A model generated the notes under the pieces. That model did not search any database, was not told the DNA's origin, and worked only from the letters and a program-made list of their open reading frames with translations. A DNA stretch of 63,998 nucleotides, filler included. It is 4 parts of 4 records of this genome, joined end to end, with 100 filler letters (N's around TTAATTAATTAA, not from the genome) between each part and the next. Parts side by side here need not be neighbours in the genome. Positions count along the whole stretch, not along the records: positions 1 to 21,375 come from SRR20825019_1850; positions 21,476 to 47,600 come from SRR20825019_1852; 2 more parts are not named here. The stretch is one strand, 5' to 3'. The position numbers and the translations under genes were made by a program. Within the stretch, counting starts at the first letter, position 1, and every line of letters begins with the position of its first letter. Of the stretch, positions 13,186-25,600 are shown piece after piece.

Positions 13186-13886
13186 GAGCTCATAAAGGTG
13201 CCGCTGGGGGGCCGTCACCACTCTCAACTCGCGGTGGCGACTCGGCTGCTGACTGCGGCCGGCCCTGTGCGGTGTGTGGTGCGGCCGATTTGCATCAATA
13301 TTCGAGGGTGGGTAGCCATGACCTCTCCAAGAAAGATTTGTTTCCCATCGATCCCTTGGCGAAGTGGGTAGCGGTTCCAGTTCCGCACCCGGCCTGCCGT
13401 CCACCGCCCCCACGGCCCCAGTCACCTCGGATCGATTTCGTGAATTTGTCAGCCCCTGAGCATGAACAGGGTCCGCATGGTAAGGTCTCAGTGTTCTGGC
13501 GCCGCCGGCGTTGTCGTGCAGGCCGGGGCTAGCTTGTTCAAATCAAGTTTTCAGCGGTCACTGCCGTTCAGTGGACACACTGAGCAGCGTCTCCTGATTG
13601 CGGTGAGCAACACGGGGCCGGGCGGCCGGGGCCGGGGCGGGTTGACGTCCCGGCTCTGCCGTGCACGGTCCCATCATCATGCATGGTGCCGGCTGGCCCA
13701 TCCGTCACGCTCGGCCGTTCAAGTCCTGTTGACCACAGGCGCCCCTCCCGCCAGTCGGTTCACGGTTCGTGACAGTGGGCCAGCCGGACGCAGTGCACTT
13801 GTCGGGCCAGGGCCGCCTACACCATACTCTTCGGGAGTACTCTTCGGGACTGTCGAGTGAACACTGCGAGGTTCAGCACCGAGCTT

Positions 13887-16800
13887 ATGATGCCACTTAT
13901 AAAGGAGGTCTCCAGTGAGACAGTATATATCAGACGAAGCGGGAACTTGTGCTTGGAACTACTGCTTAGAGCGGTCGGTCCTCAACTAGACATGGCCCAA
14001 CTCGCAAAGCAAGGCTCGGCAAACTCTATGGCCAGCGATGAGAACGCCGCTTTCTTCCTCCAGTCCGAGTTGGATGTTGAGAAAATGGCCCATACCTTTG
14101 CGTCTCCGAAAAAGGCACCTCCCGTCCTTAGCATTAACACTGACGCCCTCACGCAACAATTTGCCAATGTTTGGAAGGGACTGTCCCAACAGGAGCATAA
14201 GGTAGGTTCTGAAAGCCACCGAATGGATTGAAGCGTTCGTTCTAACTTGTGGTACCCTAGCTGGACCACTCGTACTCAAACATATCCACGATATTCGAGC
14301 GCCTGGAACAGTCGGATAAAATGGTGAAGAAATTGACAGATGAGCTTGAGACGATGAAAAAGGAACTGAAGGAGCGTCCTGCGTTGGCGGATGACACGCT
14401 TTCCGATGACGATGGGATGGTGATGAAGGGAGACGAGGGAAACCAGGAGAGCCAGTCAGAGGCGCCTACTACGGCAGCTGAAAGTGCCCGCACTCAAACG
14501 TCGGAAGATGTATGCTCATAGCAACCTGGTGTTTCGCTTCACTGAACTAACATGTCTACTTAGACGGCTGGGGCCAAAAATGGGCCAAATTGGTTTGACA
14601 AGGGTGAGAGTGGTGGAGTGAAGGCTCTTCAGAATTTTGCAGAGATTGCAAGGCTATCAAAAAATATGCTTAACATTCGGAATGGATTCAAGAAAACGCT
14701 AATGTGAGGGTTGAAGTGTGTGAAGCGAGCTTGTGTGCTGATTCATCGTAGCCGTCGTCAAGGGGAGATGCAGAAGAAAATCAAGGGTGGAATATCGTTG
14801 AAGAACGCCAAGATTATCGCAGAAAAAGTTGTAGCAGAAAAACTGGACGAGTATTCTGAGGAGCTTGAACGTCTTTTCGACCACTGGAACGAGAACCAGA
14901 AGGAAGATGTCAACGGCCTGAAGAGAAAATCTGCGGCGCTAGAGCGAAGGCTTGATGATGTGTACACTGAGCTTGGCACCCGGCTATCGGATAGTGATAT
15001 GAAGAGGGTAGGCGTGATGAGGTGTGAAGAGCGAAACAGCATTAACACTATGCTTTTTTTAATAGCGAATGGAAACCCTACAGAGTCTTGCCGACAGAGT
15101 AATCGAAGCTACAAGAAGGCACGATGAGAAGACTCCTGTCAAGGCAATTACGAAGGCTTGCTACGGTGAATCCCCTCGGGAAGATGACTGGCTTGAGGCT
15201 GCAACAGAGTTGGCTGGCTTGGTTGGGAAGGTTAAGGCGATCCTTCCCACAGAAGTGGCCATTTCACTGGAATCTTCCTCAAAAAAGTTCTTGGGGGACA
15301 TTGAAAACACATACGAGGCGCTCGGTCCGGCAAAGCTCATGGGCCAGCCCTTAAATCTTTCTCACAGCATGATGATGGCGGTATACGAGAGCTTCTCTCA
15401 AAACCTTCATCAGATGGTCCGCGTTGCTATCGGCAACAGTGAGCAGGCCGTCGTTGAGCAAAGAGATGTCAATGACAAGTACATCTCTAATGCTGTAAAG
15501 TTCTGTCGTCGCATCCTCGACAAGGCATCTGAGTGTGCCACCGTATATGATGGCATTGGTTGCCAAACGGTGATGTTTGACATCCACACAAATGCCAGGC
15601 AATGTAAGATTCTCTCCACTTACAGGGTTTGTGTTCACGCTGATTTCGTATTCAATTTTCTCCAGTGAAACGAGTGAACGATTTGTTTGCTGAGATGAGG
15701 ACGACTAACAATCTGGCTGTAAACGAGTTCAAGTTGCGAGCGAAAGTCGGTTTTGACAAGGTCTTCACAAATGTTGACAAGGCTTACGAGCGCCTTGTGG
15801 AGATTATGCGCGTTCCTTCCACTCCCATGGGGGAACAGCGATCGGCCGTGGTCGAGTTTGACTGGCGGCTGATGAACGCCATTGTCTACGTACTTATTCA
15901 GGCTCACCACATTTTCAATATTGGTGTCCAGGGAATGGTTGGCGCTCGCAAGGCACAAATGGACTACAAAGCAGAAGTGACAAAGTTAGGTATGTATTCA
16001 TATGTCATTCGTTGACTTGCCGACCAATACGTTTGCCCAGTCGACTCGCAGACTTCATTCAAAGAGCAGCTGCAACGGCAGTCTGTTGAGATATCGTCGG
16101 TGTGGGATTTGGTTTCCCAAATGGAGGACGACTATGGTGGGGGGCCTACAAGAAAGGTATGTATTTCATGATCGGGCATACCCATTTTCTCAATTTGGTC
16201 CTAGCGTGGTGGCGGTGCAAGCCCAGAGGTTCTGGAAGCAATCAAGGCGCAACTCTCCACGGTCCAAGATGAATGTACAGAGATGACGAAGGCGGTGGAA
16301 TCGCGCCTTGAATCTCTCATTGAGAAGACAGTCGAAAAGACCACGTACAAGACCGACCTTGATGAGATTCATTCGGTGTTGATTACAAAGGCAAGCTACG
16401 AAGAGAACAAGCAGGAACATGAAGACCTGAAGAAGCACACATGGAAGGAACTGGAAAGGTTGAAGGCGGAGTTGCCTCATTTCTTGGGTCTCGAATTGCT
16501 GGTATGTTGTAGTTGGATTGACGAGCCGCACATCTGAGAAATCTTTTTTATTCAGGCAAAGAAGAAGGATTTACAAGCCCTTCGCGCGGCGATGATGGAG
16601 ACGATGGAGTCCCGCGACAAAGCAACGAGAAACGAAAACAAGAAGGAGCTTGACAGGACTTCGAAGCAGGTTACGGACCGTGTCTTGGCGGTAGAAGATG
16701 CGTTCCTTCGAGAAACGGCAGAAATCAAGATGACCATTGAGCAAATGCCCACCAAGCAGGATCTTGAGACGATTGTGAACGAGAGCGAGACCACTCAACG

Positions 16801-17540
16801 GGTAGATCTCGTTTCCGACAGTCTTGCTGAGCTTGCAAAGGTTGTCCAAGCCAAGGCTGACATAGACATGGTGCGCGCTGCGCTTGCTGAAAAGGTGAGG
16901 ATGCAGCGTGCCGTTTACTCTGGGTCATTATCAACTTAACCATTTCTTCCAGGGTGATGCCAACGAGCTCGAGCAAAAGGCGGATATTTCTTACTGCAAC
17001 GAGCTCTTTGATCGGTTCCGTAAGGCCGTGGAGACCCTCGGACAGGAGATCGACAAGACCAAGTTAGACAAGGGGCACATGCAGGCCATTGACCTGGGAC
17101 TGCAACTCCTGCGCCTCCAAGTGACGGAAAAGGTTGACCGCACGGACATGGCGCGCTTCGAGAAGGATGTGCTAAAGGGATCCGTCCTGACCGGAGCGGC
17201 CAATGTGGCGGCAGCTGCGGCCAAGGTCGCTGAGAACGCAGCGGTTGTAACTGATCCAGTGCCGGTACATGGACGATCAGCGATAACTGCTCAAGCTCGA
17301 CCAAACAGCGCAGCACCGGGAAGTGGGAGTGGGAGTGGCCTGGGTGGCCTCGTGCGAACTCCGACCACTACCGGCAGGGCATCGGCCCCGCGGCTGAATC
17401 CCGGTGACCCGACCCTGATGTGTGGGCGGGACGGACAGGTTTATCGCGGGAGGGTATCAAGGCCTGCGACGGCAAGCCCAACACTCAGCGTTGGTCGTGG
17501 CCATCACCTTCCCAAAGTGAGCCGGAACAGCATCGAATAG
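13887..17540 (+). CDS. Long coiled-coil protein, QRICH2/C16orf96 (DUF4795)-like, multi-exon; start uncertain
   Basis: Chain of + exon ORFs (14321, 14711, 15069, 15665, 16283, 16592, 16908) with GT-AG gaps; KAD/KVD repeats (KADIDMVRAALAEK, KADISYC, KVDRTD) and C-terminal GRDGQVYRGR resembling the G.DG..YKG tail of that family. Confidence 0.6.
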
Positions 17541-17665
17541 AATCCTCAAGCGTAAAACCTTTTCTAAACCGAAAAGCATAACCGAATGAATCAGTGTCAT
17601 GGACTACTTCAATTTTATTAAGCAACATGCACATCACAAGGCAACCCCTTTGCCCCGTCACATGA

Positions 17666-20344
17666 TCACAAGCCTGGAGGGAAGTTCTCTACCGCAAAGG
17701 TCTCCGTGAACGGAGTGCCATTGGTCTTGTAGTCAAGCTTCACGCGGACCTTAATAGGGTTCTGGCCATGGGCATTGTTTGTGAGCTGCACCACCTGGGT
17801 CACCTTGCCCTGGTTGTTGGGAGGCAGGTCCTTGCCGCTGGGTGGCTTGATCTGCATGGTGATATACTGCGAGGGAAAGAGTCAGCAAAGAGCGCGGCGA
17901 ATGTCACATTCGCGGCAATACCTTAGGCACCGCAACCTGGAAGTTCAGCTCGCTGATAACTGCAGGGGACGAGTTCATCATGGAGGCACGAACGGCAGTG
18001 ACAGCAGGGTTGTTGGGCTGCTTTGCAAAGTCGAATGTAATCTGAAAAAACAGGTGAGCCACTCAAGTCAGAGCAATGAAGGAATTGGACTAACCATAAT
18101 GCCATTCTTGTTGTAGGCAGTAATGCCTGGGAACGAGCCAGGGGCGGCAGGGGCGGGCGCAGCGGCTCCAGGCATCTGCTGAGGAGCAGCGGCTGGCATC
18201 ACAGCTGCAGGCTGCGCTGCTGGCGTGATAAGAGCGTCAAGGCCACCACCAAGCATTGCCTGCTGCGGCTGTGCCGCAGCAGCAGGGGCGGGTGCTGCAG
18301 GAGCCCCTCCAAGAAGGTCGTTGAGGAGGTCCATGCCTCCACCAGATGAGCCAGTAGCACCGGGCTGGGCCGCGGGCGCAGCTGGGCCGCCGCCAAGGAG
18401 ATCCAATGCGCCATTGGCGGGGGCGGGGGCAGGATCATCCATGAGCGAGTCGAGGTCAAGAAGGTCCTTCTCCTTCTTTGCGGCGGGCTGCTTGACAGAC
18501 ACGTCGCCATTGGATGCGGGCCGGGCAGCGGGAGCCTCGCCCTTAGGCGTCGAGTCGCCACCGCTCTTGTTGCGGACTTCATCCTCGATAATCGGCATAC
18601 GCTCCAGAATGGCCGGCCGCAGCTGCTCCAAACCGAACAGGTTCATGTACTCGCACGAGCGCTGCTGCAACTCAAGATAGATAGAAGCCTTGAAGGTGCA
18701 AATAAGGTCGTGGATAATGTCCAGGGTGGCGGTGAACCGCGAGGACAACTTCATCACCGCTGTGAGCGCGTACTCGCGAGTCAGCAGAGACGAACCGCTG
18801 GACTTGAGGATATCCTCGAGTAGATACACAACATCCTTCTCAGATACATCTACAGCGGGCTCATCCTCTGTGCCGCCCTGGCCGGCAATCAGAAGATCAC
18901 CGAATTCACCAATGCACCAGGCGGCGACCTGGACAAGTGCCTGCTGCGCCATGTCATCCTTAATGGACATGTAAAGCTTCTGCACCGTGTAACCATGAAG
19001 GTCTGGGCTGTTGGTAATAAGTGCGATAAGACTCTTGGGAGTCTGCTCGTCCACATATGTCCCCGCGATGGTCAACACACGAATCACCGTGTCGACATGC
19101 CAGCGCTTGTTGGGCGCATACTTCTCCACCACGAAGCAAATCTTCGTTGTAAGATCTGCCTTGAACTCCACATCGGCGACCAACAGGTAGTTCAGCAGCT
19201 CCCTCACCAAAACCCGAATGTTGCTTTCGTTGATGAGTGAATAAATCAGGTCCAGCGCACGGCGGCGGATGGAAATATCCGGATCCTTCAAACACTCGAC
19301 AATAGTGTTTCTGTGACGCTGGATGGCCTGGAGGTCAGAAGAGAAGACCTTTGACAATGTGTTAAGAGCAACGTAGCGAATGTTGTTGTCGCGGTTAAGC
19401 AGGAAGCGACCGAGAATGTTGATTGCCAGAACCCGAAGACCGCTCTCCGACTCAATGTTCATCACCGTAAGAACGCACTCGTACAAGATGGCATTACCAG
19501 CGTTCTTTGAAGTTTCAGTGTTGGTGGCAACTTGAGCAAGGATATCATTCATACAGTCAGATGCGTGCGCATCACCCTTGCCTAGCATACGCAGAAGCCT
19601 CAATATCTTGACCTGCAAGAAAGGATCTGTGATTCCAGCAACGTCATGTTCGGGGGCGTAACCAGACAGCACCAAGTTCTTCAACAGGCGGACCAAGGTG
19701 GGTACTAACCGGCGGAAATGCCCGATGTACTCGTCATGGTTCTCGCAAATGTCTACAAGCATGGTCATCCCACCCAACAAAACACCATGGTTGCGGTCGT
19801 TCAGAAGACCAGACACCCTCTCCACATACTCCTCCACCAAGTCTGGCACCTTGCGCATAATCCTTATAGCGGCACACGCAGCCTTCTTACGAATATATGG
19901 GTTGGAGTTCTTCAACAACTTTTCAACCTCCGGAGACAAATCACGCGCAATATCCGGGGACGCAATATCTCCCACGGCACAAAGCGCCAGACCACAAATA
20001 TATTGGTTAGACGAGTTCAAGTCCACCTTAAGAGAATTCGTAACAAGTGTCAACACCTCCTGCTTTTCGTCCAACAGAAGCATGAGACCAAGGTATCCGA
20101 TTCTCTTCTCCGCATACTTATTGCCAGCGATAAGTTTCAAGCACTCCATCTGACCAAAGTGAGTGGGGTATCCCAACATCTGAATGAACAAAAGCTTGGC
20201 AACGTTTCTGTGACGGTAAGCATTATCCTCATCCTTAAACGCAGTACGAATGGCAGCGCATTCCTTAGCGATTACTTGACGCTCATCTGCAGCGGTTTTA
20301 CACGCCCGCACGAGGCGGATAAGCTCTCTTAAGCGTATAGACAT
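17666..20344 (-). CDS. AP1G1: AP-1 adaptor complex subunit gamma (gamma-adaptin)
   Basis: MSIRLRELIRLVRACKTAADER...GYPTHFGQMECLKLIA...EKRIGYLG; hinge with clathrin-box-like DLLDLD; two short 3' exons encode the ear domain (FQVAVPK|YITMQI...NFPPGL). Exon 1 is 20344-18095. Confidence 0.95.
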
Positions 20345-20559
20345 GGTGACGAAGCGAGCCGCAAAGGCACAACCTGACTAAAGCGAAGATGGAGACGGTG
20401 ATATATAATTTGACCCAGCAGTAGTAGCGAGTTCAGACTACAAGAAGAGCTTCTGTGCTTGTGTTCGGGCCGTCGTGGGGGCAAGCACCGCCCCCTCCTC
20501 AACCTGGGGTCACCAGGACCCTCTATGCCGGGGTCGTTCAGCCCGCTACGGCCAGCGCA

Positions 20560-21375
20560 GTCAGGGAGCGAGGACCGCCCACAAGCTGTCAAAATCAGGT
20601 TGCTGTCATGATAGCCTCGCAGCAGTTGCCCTCGAGTCGCGGTCTCGCGTGCGGCACGGGCGCCCTCGCCGGCGCGCAGGCCCAACAAGGCCTCGCTCGT
20701 CCACTGTCCCCACCTCGCGGCGTCGTGGCCGCCGCAGGCGTGCCGGTGCCGGTGGACCACTTGCGACTCCGATGGTCCGTCTCCGCTGTGAGCGTCGACC
20801 GGCATGATCGCAGGGCTCCACGGGTCACGCAGCCGTGCCGCCCGGAATGTAGCAGTGCAGGCTTGCTGGGCTGATCCGGGAGAGGTGTTTCGATAACGCG
20901 ACCAACAGGAGTTCGCTATAATGAGATTGTGTGAAATTGTTCATACATTTATGGTTTTGATCCTCCCCCTCCCATGTGAGTGCGTCCTCACGCGGTGACT
21001 GACCGGCAGTGGGGGTGGCCTGATCTCCGGTCGCCGGCTCACGAGTCCTAGTGGTCTGATGAGTACTTGGGCCTTGCGGCCAGCATCTCGGCCGGCCCCC
21101 CGCGGGCGCGGCCAGGGGGCAGCCAGTGCGCCACGGCGCGCGGCTGGCGGCCCGCCGGCCGCCGCGCCCGGCGGCGCCCGGGCGCCCGGCAATCAACGCG
21201 GGGCGACACCTGGAGGGTGTCGGCTCTGGCGGTTGGAGTCTGGCGGGCCGTGAGCCCCCAGCGCACTTAGGAACGCCACTTGGTCGTACACGCAAGTTCG
21301 CGCCCAGCGCGGCCCACTCAAGGCTTGCCAAGGTCCGGCGGCAGGGGGAAGCGGGGGGGGGGGGGGGGGGGGGGG
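20560..21375. promoter_or_regulatory. GC-rich island upstream of AP1G1, ending in a poly-G run at the contig end
   Basis: Composition and position 5' of the ATG at 20344. Confidence 0.4.
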
Positions 21376-21475
21376 NNNNNNNNNNNNNNNNNNNNNNNNN
21401 NNNNNNNNNNNNNNNNNNNTTAATTAATTAANNNNNNNNNNNNNNNNNNNNNNNNNNNNNNNNNNNNNNNNNNNN
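21376..21475. other. Artificial contig spacer (N44-TTAATTAATTAA-N44)
   Basis: All-frame-stop linker flanked by Ns, 100 nt. Confidence 0.98.
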
Positions 21476-21666
21476 GGGGGGGGGGGGGGGGGGGGGGCAG
21501 GGCGGAGTGGGGCACAGCTCCCGGCTCCCCTCGGATCGGACGTGTGATGAGGCGCCGAGTCGCAGGCCGAGCCGGCCGCTGCCGGAGCTGCCCAGCTGCA
21601 TACTGGCTTGGGCCGGCCAGCTACATATGCCAGTGAGCATAATATGTTGATTCAGTGCTGACCAAG

Positions 21667-22444
21667 ATGCTGTACAACGCAGCAGTGATTGGCGGGACGG
21701 GCAGCGTGGGGAAGGCCCTGGTCAAGACCCTGCTAGGCTCACCCCAGTGGGGCAGGGTGGTGCTGTTGGGGCGCCGCGAGCTTGCGGAGTTTGCGGACCA
21801 ACCGCAAGTTTCCCAGCATGTAGTCGATATGGACCGGATAGACTCGGCGGCCCTGGAGCATTTGCGGGGGGTTGACGCGTGCTTTGTTACGCTGGGCGTC
21901 GGCGCCCCGGCAAAGACTACCCCAGAAGAACTCAAGGTGCGTATCAGTATTGTGCGGTGCTGGTGACTGTTGCGGTGTTGATGCGGCCGCGTGGTAACAG
22001 CGTATCGACGTCACGGTGCCGAGCAAGTTTGCCCAGGCGGCCAAGACTGCGGGAGTGCGCCATATGAGTATACTTACCGCTGTCAACGCGGACGTGAGTA
22101 AGGCCCCCGGCCGGTCCACCAATGCCGGCAGCTCCACCTACGCCCACTTCAAAGGCCTGGTGGAGGAGAACATTGCGGAACTTAACTTTGAGAGCATGGT
22201 GGCCGTGCGGCCCGCGACACTGATGGGCAGCGCCAACACGCCCGCCCTGGCCGCCCTCGCAGCACGGTGCCTCCGGGTGGCTCTGCCGGCCAAGTGGAAG
22301 GACATTCACGTGGATCAGGTGGCGTTGGCCATGCGCCAGAGCGCCGAGGAGTGCATGAAGAACGAGGGGCCCCCGAGGACTACGCTCATTGGCCACAGCT
22401 TGTTCGCGGCCGCCGCCCCACCGAAGGGGATGGTGGCCGAGTGA
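21667..22444 (+). CDS. HTATIP2/TIP30-like NAD(P)-binding oxidoreductase (atypical SDR), 2 exons
   Basis: Rossmann motif VIGGTGSVGK, LLGRR, DACFVTLG, Y..FKG.VEE, VRPATL; intron 21937-22000 (GT...AG, phase 0). Confidence 0.8.
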
Positions 22445-22630
22445 GCCATGAGTGTACCGTTCGACCTCGCGAGCGGTCATTCGTGGTCTCGGAGCAGCGC
22501 CGATATTGGAGCTGCAGGGATATCCTGTCCCCCGGCCGTGCCGATCACACTGAACAGAAAATTTCACCGCTGCGCAGCCAAAATGAAAATGAAATATTTG
22601 CTTTAATGATCACGGTATGCGACAAACACA

Positions 22631-25600
22631 CTAAAACTTCATGCTGCTACCAGTCCGCGCCAGCTGCGATCCGGGCGTCGACGCGCCACCTCCAGGCTTC
22701 TCGATCTTGTACTTGAGATCCGACAAGGCCACTTTGAGTTTGCTGCGATTCTCGGGGTTGGCCAGAGTCAGTGCGCTGTTCCGACGAGAACCCATGATCT
22801 CGGGCGAGCTATCGAGGCTACCGGACTTAGATGCCTGGGGGGTGACCTCCGTAAGCTCAACGCCGGGGTCGGACTCGTCATCGCGGGAGCGGACATACGA
22901 TGACCGCGGTGCCCGCGAGGGGGTGGCGCCGGTGACCGTGCCTTTGTCCTTGCTCCCGAACATGCCGAGCTTGCGTGCCACCAGGCCGCCAACCGCCGCG
23001 AGCGACCCGCCGCCACACAGAAGCACGCAGCAGGCAACGCAGGGGCACAGCAGGAGGAGGACGGCACTAACCGAGGACAGGCTGGCAATCAAGGCGGTAT
23101 TGTCGCCGCCGCCAGACCCTGATGATGTCGCGGTCTTCTCCACGATGCCGAAGGTCGTGAAGTGGCCCGTGTCACCACTGCAGATAGTGGTCGCTCCCTC
23201 CGCCACCGTGATCTCGCTCTCACACGCCCAGGCGCCGGTGGAGTCCACGTAACTGAAGCAGTATTCGCTCGCGCTCTTGAGCAGGGTGCACGCGAGGCCA
23301 ACGCTTACGCGGGACGCGAATGTCTTGGACACCTCCGTGGACCCATCCGTTGTCGCCGTGAGCTTGAGGTCCACGACCGAGCTCACAAGCGAGCTCGTAT
23401 CCCCCGAATCCGACGGGATCTCGCTGTCCATCACACTCGACACCGAGAGCTGCAGGCCTGACGCCGAGTCGAGGGCGTTCGCGGGGATGGTCACGGAACC
23501 GAGGGAGGACCCGCTGCTATCGGTCATGTCAACAGATGTGTCCGCGCCGTCGTTGAGTTCCGCGGAGGAGTCCTGCGGCTTGCGCTGGTGAGGCGGCGTC
23601 GTGCAGTCCGCAGCAAAGGCGCAGCTCCCATCGAAGCATCGCTGCATGCCGCCAGCGCACCCGCGTGCGCACGCGTCGAGCGAGGACCGGCACTTGCCGT
23701 CCGCGCAGATGATCATTCCCACCGGACATCCATCATACGGCTGGCAAGTGGCCGCGCAGGTGCCGTCAGGGCAGGCCGTCTGGCCCGCGGCGCACGAAGT
23801 CGCCGGGCACGAGGCGTCCGCGGCCGCACATCCTGAAGCGCAGCGCTTGGGCGTTTCCGAGGGGCACTTGGTTGTCTCCACGTAGAATCGGGCCACGCGG
23901 GCGGGTCCGGTCCCGTCGGCGTTTTGCGGCGTGATGCGAGCGTAGTACTGGGTGGATGTGGCCAGGGTGGACCGCGCGATGGTGGCCTCGGTGTTGGTGG
24001 TGGTGCCATTCGTGGCATCGGTCACCGCGCCCGAGGAGAAGGTGCTGTCGGTGGAGTACTCGACGGTGTACGAGAACGGCGCCTGACCCGTGCGCGGGGC
24101 CTGCCAGCTGATCGTTATGTCGGTGTCCGTCTTCTTGACAATGACCTTGCGGGGCTCGCCCGGCGTGGACTTGCTCGTCAGGCGGGTGCTGGAGTAGGAG
24201 CCGGTGCATCCGTTCGAGTTGAGGCGCACGCCGTAAAAGTACTCCACGCCCCACGCGATGCCGCCCGAGGTGCGGTCAATGGTGACCCTGCGGGTGGCCG
24301 TGCCGGTTGCGGCGACGGTTGGGCTTGAAAGGTCGGACGAGGTGGAGTAGACCACATCGTAACTATAGTCACCCAGGGCATCCTTGGGCGGGGACCACGT
24401 GACATGGACAGAGCTCGTGTCCTCCTCCACCCCAACGTTCTCCACAGCTCCGGGGCACTTGCCAAAGGCGACGTACGCCAGCACGACGGACGAATTCGAA
24501 GAGTCGGGCTGGAAGAACGATGTCACCGCAAACTCGTAGTCCTGGCCCGAGGTCAGGGCGGACTCGGAGATCGCCGCGCTGGGCGTGGCCCCCGCGTGCA
24601 CAGTGCCCGCCACCGATCCCCCGGTGGAATAGGACACGACATAGCGCAGGTCAGCCTGGCGGCCATAAGTCACCGCGGGGGCGGTCCAGGCAAGTGTAAG
24701 CGTGGACCCGTCGCTGGACTTGGTGACCTGGCGAACGGGTGCGGGGGCGCCGCCCACGTCCACCTCCACAAGCCCTTGCTCCCCCTCGAGGGAGATGACG
24801 TGGCCCGGGTAGCGGCCCGATTTGGAGCGGTCTCTGATCGTATCCGCGCCCACGGCATCCGCCATGGGCCACCACGCGTACAGCCCCGTCTCGTCACCGG
24901 AGAGCGCCCGTCCCATCTTGGCCGGGCCGACCTCCTCCGACCACAGCCGCAGGTCATAGATGTATCCATTCATGCGGTCGCTAGAGAACCGGGCCGGCGT
25001 CTGGTCAGTGTCGGCCCCGAGCACCCACAGCGTGTTGTAGCTGAACGCGGGAGACGCGGTGATGGCGCGCGAGCCGACCACCTCGTAATTGAGCCAGAGC
25101 GTAAGAGAAGATGTCGTCACCGTCACGGCGACATGGTAGATGGTGTTGGCCTGCATCTCCGCCGCCACGCAGAGGGCGTTGCGCCTCATGTCGGTGGCCG
25201 CAACGCAGCTGTCGCCCTCGAGAACGGTGTTGTCGTTGATCGTGGCGCGGAGCTGCCCGGACCTGTACCCGATCCACAGGGCGTTCTTGGCGGTGGTCGT
25301 GTCCACCACTTCCAGCAGAGTGTGGATCCGGCCGTCTTTCGGGGTCGTGAGCGACATCAGTGACTCCACCGTGAACACACGCCCGGGGAAGAGATGTCCG
25401 AGCTCCACGCGTCCCGTCGCCACCGCGGCATTCGCGCTGGTGTCACCGGTGCCGAGCGACAATACGGCGCGCTTGTCCGAGTCGGTGGCGGGACCAAGGA
25501 ACTTGGAGAGGCTCACGGTCGCCAGGTCGAAGGGTCCGTCCTTGACTCCGTATCCACTGTCAAAGTCCACCAGCTTGGCGGCACCCACGCCGGTGCCCGC

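Noticed and set aside
13137-13252. Possible C/D-box snoRNA (TGATGA ... CTGA)
   Set aside because: No convincing terminal stem or recognisable rRNA guide; GC-rich promoter context
21420-21431. TTAATTAATTAA palindrome occurring three times (also 47645, 57132)
   Set aside because: Artificial six-frame stop linker, not biological
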